Shown: positions 42,017 through 51,962 of the stretch, in pieces
Position numbering within the stretch: the first letter of the stretch is position 1
Layout: the number at the start of each line of letters is the position of its first letter
NCBI GenBank assembly: GCA_002811645.1
Contig: PDIP01000261.1
Span: 1-55,582, forward strand
Source of the DNA: Corallochytrium limacisporum Hawaii
Lineage: Eukaryota; Protista; Pluriformea
DNA: 55,582 nt
Direction of reading: 5' to 3'
Made by a program: the position numbers and the translations under genes
The notes under the pieces: generated by a model
What the model was told of the DNA's origin: nothing
Databases searched by the model: none
Seen by the model: the letters and a program-made list of their open reading frames with translations, nothing else

Positions 42017-44314
42017 ATGAATGAGAACCGGCCGAACCCTGTGCACGCTCAGACTGCGGCCTTTGACAGTGACGACGAAGACTTTGTTGAAGCCGGCACG
42101 CAGGGTCAGGAGGGAGCCACAAACGGAGGATCTGGCGGTGAAGGACCGTCCTTTTCCACCGCAGGGGCAGCAGATTTCTATCAAACTCTGAATCTAGCGC
42201 GGGACTGCACGGATGAGGACATTCGCCAGGCCTATAAGAATCTCTGCCGGGTACATCACCCGGACAAAGTACAGAGCGATGGGGATCGTGAAGCAGCTCG
42301 TCGGGTTTTCAACCGAATCCAGGCTGCCTATGAGACACTCATTGATCCGCAGAAGAGAGCAGTGTATGACATGTACGGGCAGCGGGGCCTACGCACAACC
42401 CTGGAGTTGGCTCCTCATGTGACCACCGCACAGGAAATTCGTGCCGAGGTCGAACGGCTGGAGCGGAGGCAAGAAGAACTGAGGCTTGAACAGCGCACTA
42501 ACGCCCGTTCTACGGTGGTGATGACCTTTGATGCAAGCGCACTGGTGCCCTCCTTGGGATCTCGAGCTGCCAAGGCCGCACGGGCCGCACCGAAGGGCAG
42601 GAAGAGTGGTGCTATGGGCAGCTTCGACACGGACGACGAGGACGAAGAGTACGAATTCATACTGGACGAGGACGACAAAGCTGAAGAAGGCTCAAAAGAG
42701 GACGAGATCGACGAGGATGAAGAGGAAGCTGCTGCTGATGATAAGGGAAGGGACGGCGCTGTGTTGGCCCAGGAGGCTCTGCGGAAACACCCAGCGGAGG
42801 CTCGCAGACCTTCCCAATCGGGTCATCCGGACGAGAAGAGATCTCCGGCTTCACAGTTAATGGATCCACTTGTAAAGATCACGGGTATGAGCCTCCAGCA
42901 GGCGATCGAAATGCCAATTACTCGCAGTCACGTTCTTAGTTTTAGTGGCTTCCTGACCACCCGTGGCGATCTGGCGAATGGCAAAGTAAGTGGGGCAGCT
43001 GGTACCGTGACTGTTGGTCTTCAGCAGAACATTACAGCCATGACCTCGGGCGAGGTTGAGATTGCGGTAGGTAGCGGTGCGTACATTGGCGGCAAGGTCC
43101 TGCATCGTCTGGACCAAATTTCCTTTGTAAACGCGGGCATCAACGTCAGCGGACTCAACTTCCCGAATGATGTGCAACCATTTGCCATGTACGCGCGTCA
43201 GATTGGTGACACGACCACGGGCTACCTGACCTGGAAGCCCTCAATGGATGACTCGAGCATGAGTACTTCCATCTCTCATCACGGTGAGAATTATCGGGTC
43301 ATGGCCACTCTACAGTTTGGCCTGCCGCGTACGTTCATCAATGCCACCTACATTCGTGAATTTGGTGTCTACAAGGCCAAGATTGTCGGTCGCTTCGGCA
43401 CCACAGGTGTTGGTGTCGACTACGGCGGCGACTATCAGGCCACGCCTCACAGCCGCGTAGGATGTTACGTGACCGTGGCCTATCCGCAAGGGGTGTTGGT
43501 CAAGGTCAAATTGGTGAGAGTCGGACAAAACTATGTGTTCCCCATCACACTGTCTGATACAATTGGAGCGGAACCGGTCTTTTGGGCCACCGCTGTGCCT
43601 GCGCTGATTTTTGCCGGCATCAAACGCCTCGTCCTGGACCCCTTGGAGCGCGGCCGGCGCCTGGACCGTATAAAGCGCATGCGTGAGCAAGACATGGAAC
43701 ATCACCTCGAACGCAAGCGGGAAGCCAGGGAAGCGGTGCGCGTCATGCGCGCATCTGTCGCACGCAAGCTTGCCAAGGAAGAACGCAGCAATGGTTTGAT
43801 AATTGTCCGCGCCCTGTACGGAGTGCTAGACAGTGAAATGGCGGCGCACGAGGCTGAATCTGCAGAAGCGCAAGAAGCTAAGGCCAAACGGCGCCAGGAG
43901 CGCCAGCAGCGCAAGGAAGTCGAGCGTGAGCTGCGCCGCCAGCGCCTTAGAGAGCAGCGCCAGGCACAGGGCATCAACGAGGGTGTGCCTGACAACCTTG
44001 ACATTAATCTTGATAGTGCACCCGAGTACGGTGAGGACGATGATGATGATGATGATGATGAGGATGCTACTATGATTGACGTGACTATCCCACTGCAGGC
44101 CATGGTCGAGAAGAGCCAACTGCGTTTGCAGGACACAAGCAAGCGACACCTTCTCGGCTTCTACAACCCCTGTCCTGGGGAGGATCCTGTGTTGATCATT
44201 CGCTACTCGTTCAGGGGAAAAATGCACGAGGTCACCCTTAAGGATACGGAGGCTGTCGCATTGCCTAAGAAGAGCCATTTGATGGAGAGTGGCGGCGGTG
44301 CATCATCACAATAA
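42017..44314 (+). CDS. DNAJC11: DnaJ homolog subfamily C member 11 (mitochondrial MIB/SAM-associated)
   Basis: J domain with HPDK, RAVYDMYGQRGL, beta-rich middle region, R.GQNYVFPITLS, GLIIVRALYG and IDVTIPLQAMV..GFYNPCPGE. Confidence 0.94.
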   Translation: MNENRPNPVHAQTAAFDSDDEDFVEAGTQGQEGATNGGSGGEGPSFSTAGAADFYQTLNLARDCTDEDIRQAYKNLCRVHHPDKVQSDGDREAARRVFNRIQAAYETLIDPQKRAVYDMYGQRGLRTTLELAPHVTTAQEIRAEVERLERRQEELRLEQRTNARSTVVMTFDASALVPSLGSRAAKAARAAPKGRKSGAMGSFDTDDEDEEYEFILDEDDKAEEGSKEDEIDEDEEEAAADDKGRDGAVLAQEALRKHPAEARRPSQSGHPDEKRSPASQLMDPLVKITGMSLQQAIEMPITRSHVLSFSGFLTTRGDLANGKVSGAAGTVTVGLQQNITAMTSGEVEIAVGSGAYIGGKVLHRLDQISFVNAGINVSGLNFPNDVQPFAMYARQIGDTTTGYLTWKPSMDDSSMSTSISHHGENYRVMATLQFGLPRTFINATYIREFGVYKAKIVGRFGTTGVGVDYGGDYQATPHSRVGCYVTVAYPQGVLVKVKLVRVGQNYVFPITLSDTIGAEPVFWATAVPALIFAGIKRLVLDPLERGRRLDRIKRMREQDMEHHLERKREAREAVRVMRASVARKLAKEERSNGLIIVRALYGVLDSEMAAHEAESAEAQEAKAKRRQERQQRKEVERELRRQRLREQRQAQGINEGVPDNLDINLDSAPEYGEDDDDDDDDEDATMIDVTIPLQAMVEKSQLRLQDTSKRHLLGFYNPCPGEDPVLIIRYSFRGKMHEVTLKDTEAVALPKKSHLMESGGGASSQ

Positions 44315-44493
44315 ACTTCTTGGAAGTGATCTTTTCTTCTAATCGCTCTTGGTGCTTTCACACATGATGAATCGAAGTATAGAACATATTTGCTTTATTT
44401 TGGCACTGTGGTAAGGAATAGACCCTGACGCAAACTCATGGATAGCTCTTGCAGAGGACAGTACCTCAAGAGAATGGATGCCTTCCCGTATGC

Positions 44494-45090
44494 TTACCAT
44501 GCAAAGTTGTTGGCATCTAAAGCCACTCGCTGGGTCAGAATATGCACCGACATAACCTGGTCACCGATGAGAGAGAATACTGGGTAAATGAACGTCGCCG
44601 GCTTGTTCTGCTCAATGAAAAAGTGGCCGATCCAAGGGAAGAAGTAACCAGCGAAGGGAAAGGCAAGGGCCATCTTCATGTTGGCACCGGTGGCGTAGGC
44701 AGTGAGGAGGAAAGTCAGGGCCGTAGCCATGGCCTCAACTGCACCTGTATCCAGATGCTGGGTGTAAGGGAATACGGCGTAGCCCACGGCAGCGGCACTG
44801 ATCAGCGCCGGGATCAGGTCTGGAGTGGTCCAGATAATGACTTGACCGATGAAGAAGGCCAGAACGTGTAACAACTTGTTCACCGGCTCGGAGTGTTCAC
44901 GAATGTAGTGCGGGTAGAATTGCTCCCAAGTGTCAAAGGGCTTCATGGGACTGTGGGGTGGAAACTTGGCCTGGATCTCAGGCTGCTGTGCAGCGGCGTA
45001 CAGGGCACCAGCAAGGGCAATAGCCGCCGCTGGAACCCACAGGTTCTTGAAGCCTCCGTCTTGGGAGACAACCTTCTTTCCCTTTGGCAT
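44494..45090 (-). CDS. Mpo1/DUF962-like membrane protein
   Basis: FYPHYIREHSEPVNKLLH and WIGHFFIEQNKPATFIYPVFSLIGD; hydrophobic segments. First ATG is at 45090. Confidence 0.85.
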   Translation of the reverse strand: MPKGKKVVSQDGGFKNLWVPAAAIALAGALYAAAQQPEIQAKFPPHSPMKPFDTWEQFYPHYIREHSEPVNKLLHVLAFFIGQVIIWTTPDLIPALISAAAVGYAVFPYTQHLDTGAVEAMATALTFLLTAYATGANMKMALAFPFAGYFFPWIGHFFIEQNKPATFIYPVFSLIGDQVMSVHILTQRVALDANNFAW

Positions 45091-46588
45091 GATTGCTATG
45101 TCTGACAAGCTGACGACTAATTCCACTTAGGGGCGTAAGCAAAGTATAATTTCAAGTATCGTTGGATTATGACTCGAGGGGCATAAACGGTGTCTGACGT
45201 ACCTTTCTTTTCCAATGCTCAACACAGTTAGGACCGGAAACGAAACGGTAAACCTTAAGGTGGCAGCAGCCGCCGCACAACTCGCCAACGCGTCGTGTAA
45301 AGTGAATACCGAGCTGGGAATTGTGGCCCGTCCGGGGCACTCCCTTTCTTGTTCAGTTGCGCACTTCGTTCCTTCCTTTTTTCCTTACTGTGTCCCCGTG
45401 GCCAACAAACTCGATAATGCGGGACTCGGTAAGTGCGCAATCGATCTTGTGGACTTCGGAGAATGTCGTTCTGGCGCGCTGATCAAGTGTCCAGTATCAA
45501 ACGGGTTTCCCTTCGGTAGTGCTATTATCGGTTGGTGGTACCACCAAACGAAATGCTGTGGAGAGCAAAAGCGAGGACCACAGCATGGAGCGTATTGCGT
45601 GTGGGTGTGACTGTGTCGATACGAGCCAGACCTATTGCCTGATCGGTGTCGAAGCACACAACTATCACTTGGTCGAAGGAAAAGGAAACCCCGGTGTGAT
45701 TTGCTCCGTGTGCTGATGAATCTTTCATATTGTGCTGCTGGCAGGGGACAGCCTTGCGATACTTCGCCCTTGTGTGTGATATAGAGGACGAGAAAGCGAA
45801 ATGATGATACAACTTGGTACAAAGGTACGGGAAAGAGCCACCGCAAGGGATAGGGTGATGGCCAGGTGTGAGGTAAATGCAGACGAAACGGCGCATACCT
45901 ATATGATGTGACCTATGCGGGGGCATATGGATGCCACGGCATAGTCCAACAATTCCGGTTGACAGCGAATGTATCGTGCACTATCTTTAGCAAACAACGC
46001 AAGGAAAAAAGGCGGGAGTCTAATTACACGGACGTACCATGCATACTCTATGGGGATATTCCGCGACTTGGAAGAAAAAATAGACTCCCGCAGCCGGCTC
46101 GCTCCCAAGGGGGGGCCCCTTTATCCAGAGTGCATTAGACGCTGGTATACGAGACGCCGTGGCGGCCCCCTTGGCCGTTATTTATTTCAAATTAATCATG
46201 TTTTCCATTAAGGGTTTCAGTTATTAATATTGGCAGATGTCCCGCAGTTACCGGCTCGGATACCTGCCAGTGACCCTAAAGACAGATGGGGAAAGGCTGT
46301 ACTGTGTTGGGTTGTGTGGTAACGAGGCCCTGTCGAATCAGGCCATAGGTGACATGTTTGGTGAGCAAGTCGAACGCCATCCGCAACACTCTAGAGCAGC
46401 AACTAAGCTGTCAGGAACAAGCAGTGAATCAACGATTGACGGATTTGCAGGCGAAGTTGGAAGGGCGGCAGTAATTCAATGCACAGATCAACAGCTGTGG
46501 TTTAGGAAATTCAACAATAGAGATATTTAACGTGTAATTGGAAGCGGGACTGGAATCCATTTAATTGTTTGTTCTTCTGAATCTATTA

Positions 46589-47332
46589 TCAATTCTGCTT
46601 GAGGAGCGCACGGCCTTCGGTTGACACTGGGTCAACGTAAGGGGCGAGCTCTGGAAGAGCGCGCATGGCCTCCACAAAGGCACGGATCTTTGGGAATTGG
46701 GCACCGTCATTCAGACCATCCAAGCCCACGCTGTAGAGATGGTTCAGCAGCACAAAGGCCACAGAATCAGCTACAGTGCGGCCGAGTGCCCTGCCTAGGA
46801 TGTTGATGGGAGCCTCATCAATGTCTGAAAGGTAGTATTTCTCCAAGAACTCGAGTTTGGGCACTACATTTTTCTTCAAAGTCTCGATCTTCTCCTGGTC
46901 CGGGGTACCGATCATGGGCATGAAGAAAACCTGCACACCCAGGGATAGAACATCATCCCATAGAGTGGTGCGAATCCACTGCAGAAACTCAGCAACGCGG
47001 GCCTGTGCCTTGGGATCCTTGGGTTGCAGATGTGCGGCGTGGGTCTTGGTGAGATAGTCGATTATAGCATAAGATTCAGTCAAGCGAAAGATCTCTTCAT
47101 CATTGCCAGCATCTTTCGTTTTCTCTTCTAGCACCGGCACCAGGCCCCTGGGGTTGATTTTCAGGTACTCTGGAGCTTTGTGCTCTCCCTTGGACAAGGC
47201 GAGAGAGCGCTTCTCGAAGGGGATGTCAGCATAGGCTAGGGAGGCGGAGACTACGCGTGCGGGGACGGAGATGCCTTCTCCCATGACGTAGAGGGCCAGA
47301 TCGGGATTACTGTCGGTGATGGAGCCAACCAT
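46589..47332 (-). CDS. Glutathione S-transferase (theta-like)
   Basis: GEHKAPEYLKINPRGLVPVL, LTESYAIIDYL, PKDPKAQARV, TVAD and FPKIRAF. Confidence 0.92.
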   Translation of the reverse strand: MVGSITDSNPDLALYVMGEGISVPARVVSASLAYADIPFEKRSLALSKGEHKAPEYLKINPRGLVPVLEEKTKDAGNDEEIFRLTESYAIIDYLTKTHAAHLQPKDPKAQARVAEFLQWIRTTLWDDVLSLGVQVFFMPMIGTPDQEKIETLKKNVVPKLEFLEKYYLSDIDEAPINILGRALGRTVADSVAFVLLNHLYSVGLDGLNDGAQFPKIRAFVEAMRALPELAPYVDPVSTEGRALLKQN

Positions 47333-48638
47333 GATGTAGTTTTTTGGTATTGGATCGTTGATGCTAGTATGCTTCTGCGCTTCAGATGGTGATCAAATCT
47401 GCATCCGGCCGATCCCCGGTTGATCATGGTCCGTTTAAATACCTGTCAGCTCTCGATCGCAATACGTACATTGACTACTGGTTCCCAGTCAGCTTCCTTA
47501 ATCTTCACTAAGGAATTGAGAATCGGTTGGTCATGCCATTCTCTGACGGTCAGAGAATGACAACGAAAGCTGATGAATGAGTTTGGGTCGGCCAAATCAA
47601 GTTCGGCGGAAAAGCATCCGTACCCGCACAGGTGACCCTGCCCCCCCCCCTTTTCAGTCCACTTGCGACTCTACAAATTCTTGTGGGCTGTGCTACCCTC
47701 ATTTTCTGTATTGCCAAATTTTTGGAGCGGTCATTCCATCCGTGCGAAATTTGCGCCATGACAACCTACAACGTAAGACGACTACTACCGCTACCACCAC
47801 AGCCATCATCATCACACACCTAGCTGGAGAAGTGGCGGGCAAACTATTAATCATGCACTTGAATGACGATTCTGTCCATGCTGTCGATGAGGATGGCTCT
47901 TATCTGTGCTGGTGGTAACGTTCAACGAAACACACCTTTGCCAGGCTGCAATGATTAGCTTCTCGAAACCCCACCGCGACGCCCGTTTAGGGATGAAACC
48001 CTAAGATATATCCGGGAGTTCTTTAAATATCGGATTTGCCACATCACGCTATTGATAGGAGAGAGTTGCAGTTCGCAATACATTTAGTATGAATTTCGTC
48101 ATATGGGGCAAGAATCGAGCCGAAGGGACCATCCCCCTTAAAATGGTACAATATACGTAGAAAACCTACCGGACCCGGACAGCCCAAAACATCTCTTGCT
48201 TTGAACTGGAATCTATATCCGGATATATTTTAAAATCCATGTCAGACCATCTTCTTCCAGGCACGAAACACACCGGAAATCCTATTAGCACGATGACCAC
48301 AAGAATCGATTTGCGTGTACCGCACTGGCGGAGAGGAGGGGGCGGGAGGACAAAGGAGGGATGGGTGTGTCCGCACATCGGCAGTTTCAATCTGAGTGCC
48401 TGAGAGGGGCTACGGAACCGGGGTTGTTGTGTGCAGGATATCTTGGTGAAGGTTGGCGCAACAATTGGTTCCTGGTGGGCGTGGTTGGTGTCACCTTGCC
48501 ATATGAGCTCCGATTTTCGTAAACCTAGAAAAGGAGTTGAGATCTTAAAGTGGGTACGTCTCGCCATGATCTGCACTAGAACTAGATATTTTCAAGTCCA
48601 ACGCTGTTTCGCATTGAAGCAACACTTCCACAATCAAA

Positions 48639-50717
48639 ATGCCTGCCAGAATATCGGAAGCCGATCTAAACGCTGGGCAGCCCTACCATGGTGGCGAACG
48701 ATACATGCAACACCTGCACGGCTCAGTGACTACCAGCAATGAATTTGGCCCAATCATCTATCACAAACTCATTCCTGGCCCCTTCATGGACATGGTAGAT
48801 CGCCAACCACATTTCATGGTCTGTTTCTGGGATGCAGAGCACGAACTGCTCTGGCCTTCTGCGCTCTTTGGTGTTCCAGGATTTGCTGATCCGTACGCAA
48901 GCAAGGGAAAACGAATTGACTTCGCCACCGGCCTCGATCCGCGGGATGGTGCGTTGGTCAGCGGTGCACTGAAGGAGGGCACACTCGTTGGGGGAGTACA
49001 GATAGACTTCACAAATCGTCGACGTAATCGGTTCAACGGTGTAGTCACGAATGTACAGAATGGTACCGGTGATCATGATACAGAGGCCCTTAAACAAGCC
49101 CGTTTTAGCATGGAAATCACTCAAGCCTTTGGTAACTGTCCCAAATACATCACCCGTCGCAGGGCTGAGGATGTCCCGACGCCTACAACCATTGGCTTCG
49201 CATCGCTTCAGGCTGATTATCGACAGCGACAGCTACAACTCGCTGCCGAACACCCCGCGGTACAGACCAAAGTAGAGCCTTTGAGGCCGCATCAGATCAA
49301 CCTAATCACTCAAACAGATTTGATCTACCTCGCATCCGTCAATCCAGGTGCCAACGATTATTCCGAAGGCTGTGATATGAACTCTCGTGGCGGTGATCCA
49401 GGCTTCATGCGTGTTATCAATGGCGGGCGAGCCATCTGTTGGCCAGACTATGTGGGTAATGGCATGTACATGAGTCTGGGCAACATCCACGCAAACCGTA
49501 GCGCCGGAGTTCTCGTTGTGGACTGGGACGGCAAAGACGGAGGGCGGGCACTGCAGTTGGTCGGATCTGCACGCTTACTGGAACGCAGCGCGATACTCAA
49601 AGGGAACGAACACGAAAACGGTGTAAATGACAATCCTGAGCAGGCAGAGTTGGCTGCGATTCTGTCCGAAGAGCCACAGGCACTGCGTCTCATCGTTCTT
49701 GATCTCGCAGTTGTTCGCGATGTGCCGCACTATCTGCCACACCGCTACCGTACCGTCGAGCTGTCACCATATAATCCGAAACGCGTTGGTGCCGATTCAA
49801 ATCAACCACAGACCCGAGCGATTCTGCAATGGTCGAAGCCAGCGAACGAGAGCGGATCGATTCGCACCTTTGAGTTCCAACTCGCACGCGTTCCACGGCC
49901 CGGGACAGTCATTCTTCGAAGTGGGCAGCATGTCCGCTTGCGCATTCCACACATTACCGACCGCAGCACTGGGCAGCCCCCAGAACGGACGTGGACAGTA
50001 ACAAGCGATCCAAATTGGTTTTCAGTACATGGACGATTTCAGATTACTGTCCGCAACGCTGGTGAAGAAAAAGGATTCGTCAGTCCATGGCTCCATACTA
50101 CCGCTAAGGACACCGAGGACAGACCATACGATCCTCTCCGGGCCGTTGAATTCCTTGGATTCAGTGGAGAATTCAGTCCTCTCCTTGACGCTGCGCAGGA
50201 CTTTGAAGGATATGTCCCCCCATCGGCCCTCCCAGACACCCTAATATGGTTCACGGGAGGTGTCGGCATCACGCCTGCACTTGCCTTTCTGAGTTGCCTG
50301 AGCTGGTACTTTGAGTACGAACTGGGGAAGCACAAGGCGCAGGACGTCAGTCTCAAAACTGTCACACTATTCCACAGTGCCGCAACTCTCGAAGATGTTG
50401 CAAGGCTGTCGGATCTGGCCAGCGCCAAGGTTCGCTTAGCAGAGTGTGGGATCCGTCTTCGTGTCGTACTGAATTTGACGCGGGCGAAAGAGCTCCCGAA
50501 GGCCGTACAGGAAGACTCTGTCTTGTCACAGATGACGGTCCACCAGGGGCGGCTCAATGGTGACCAGTTGAAGAGTGGACTGGACGGCGTTCAGGGCAAA
50601 GAGATGCGCATCTTCCTGTGCGGACCCAAGCCATTTGAACTTGGCGTACAGCAACTCATGGACGTCACTCCAGTCCTCAAAGGCAAGCCATTGGAGACCG
50701 AGAGCTTTGCATACTAG
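48639..50717 (+). CDS. Tandem pyridoxamine-5'-phosphate-oxidase-like domains fused to an FNR-type FAD/NAD-binding reductase
   Basis: PYHGGERYMQ, IDFTNRRRNRFNG, FGNCPKYI, SRGGDPGF, WPDYVGNGMY.SLGN, RTWTVTS, GGVGITP and FLCGP...ESFAY. Confidence 0.9.
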   Translation: MPARISEADLNAGQPYHGGERYMQHLHGSVTTSNEFGPIIYHKLIPGPFMDMVDRQPHFMVCFWDAEHELLWPSALFGVPGFADPYASKGKRIDFATGLDPRDGALVSGALKEGTLVGGVQIDFTNRRRNRFNGVVTNVQNGTGDHDTEALKQARFSMEITQAFGNCPKYITRRRAEDVPTPTTIGFASLQADYRQRQLQLAAEHPAVQTKVEPLRPHQINLITQTDLIYLASVNPGANDYSEGCDMNSRGGDPGFMRVINGGRAICWPDYVGNGMYMSLGNIHANRSAGVLVVDWDGKDGGRALQLVGSARLLERSAILKGNEHENGVNDNPEQAELAAILSEEPQALRLIVLDLAVVRDVPHYLPHRYRTVELSPYNPKRVGADSNQPQTRAILQWSKPANESGSIRTFEFQLARVPRPGTVILRSGQHVRLRIPHITDRSTGQPPERTWTVTSDPNWFSVHGRFQITVRNAGEEKGFVSPWLHTTAKDTEDRPYDPLRAVEFLGFSGEFSPLLDAAQDFEGYVPPSALPDTLIWFTGGVGITPALAFLSCLSWYFEYELGKHKAQDVSLKTVTLFHSAATLEDVARLSDLASAKVRLAECGIRLRVVLNLTRAKELPKAVQEDSVLSQMTVHQGRLNGDQLKSGLDGVQGKEMRIFLCGPKPFELGVQQLMDVTPVLKGKPLETESFAY

Positions 50718-51186
50718 AACACTGGATCTGATTCATATTCTTAAACGCTTTTATCACCATCAATAGAGTAATTAAGTAATCTATGAACTTGTGCTTGCAC
50801 ATCCTGTCCGTGTAACTGTCATGTCTCCAATCCACCGTTCGGAACCGGGTCTCCGTCACCCCGACTTTCAATTGACTACCGGAAAGCCCCACCCCTCCCT
50901 TCGCGGGTTGGCGGGGGCCATTCACTTTCCCCTGAGACGGGCAGGGACCTGTCTGTGTGGAGCTCCAGAATGGAGGCTAATGACCTGGCGGAAGCCAAGG
51001 CTGCACTGGTTTGGCTAGTTCAAGGAAACGGTAATGCCGATAGTGAAGAACATGGAAGAAGTTTTGAGTGAAAATGTTTTCGCAAGTGCATCAGACAACC
51101 CTTTTAAAATGGACACAGAGTTGAAAGTACCAAATTTCGTGATCCAGGCGGCCTAACCCGATGCGAGCACTGCCACCCAGCTGAAG

Positions 51187-51783
51187 ATGTCCTTGAGTTC
51201 TTCTACCGACCGTAACGCTACTGGTGCAGAAGTGAAGCGCGCACATCCCTCTCGGACTGTGCTGGTACGCCCAGTCACTGTTGCGAAGAACAAATCCGCT
51301 AGAGACTCAATAGTGGACACACACCCGCGGACCCTCAGCACGAGTAGCAGCAGGCACTGTGGCCGAATGAGAATCAAATCGCAAACTGTACACAATCCAG
51401 CCGCAGCGCGTGTACCCAGCACACAATCCACAGCGGTTCTATCGTCTTCATTAGACGATATCTGCCAATTGACAGTGAAGAACCAGCGCGACACCGAGCT
51501 TGAATGGATGGAACGTCGATTCCGGGAACGAAATCCGGGCCTCCAGAACGGAATAGCGAACAGGAGCCGTTCTTTCGGCGTCTTGGAGGCGAACGGTCCG
51601 AGCATGGTAGGAAAGATTCAAAATGCAGTTAAGTATCAGGAAGGACTGCGGTCCAGGCAACATGGACAAGGGGCGGATAGTATGGCTCTGTCGCTGTATA
51701 AAGATCCTTTTACTGGCACAGATCTAAAGGCGATGATCAGGCCCAAATTACTGGCGAAAGGACTCATCGGTCCCCTGGAATGA
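51187..51783 (+). CDS. Hypothetical protein, possibly the truncated remnant of a longer ORF
   Basis: 198-aa ATG ORF filling an intergenic gap; no recognisable domain. Confidence 0.35.
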   Translation: MSLSSSTDRNATGAEVKRAHPSRTVLVRPVTVAKNKSARDSIVDTHPRTLSTSSSRHCGRMRIKSQTVHNPAAARVPSTQSTAVLSSSLDDICQLTVKNQRDTELEWMERRFRERNPGLQNGIANRSRSFGVLEANGPSMVGKIQNAVKYQEGLRSRQHGQGADSMALSLYKDPFTGTDLKAMIRPKLLAKGLIGPLE

Positions 51784-51962
51784 ACAGACTACCAAATTAA
51801 AAGAATCTCAGAAGACCAAAGGCTCTGTCTGTGAAGGTATTGGGAGTTGGTTGGCCACAAACCTATCTCTATGTATTCATAATATAGAAGAACATATCGA
51901 AGTCCGTGAATTGGGTAAACAAGTGTTGTTCATATGCGGCTTTGATTCAAAACTGTCTTGTT

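Noticed and set aside
45215-45926. Overlapping 130-150 aa ORFs between the Mpo1-like gene and GST
   Set aside because: No recognisable motifs in the frames examined; cannot be supported as genes.
29536-50717. Bacterial contaminant, operon or defence island
   Set aside because: The bacterial-like enzymes are interleaved with clearly eukaryotic genes (U-box protein, DNAJC11, PRAS40-like) and have no operon structure.
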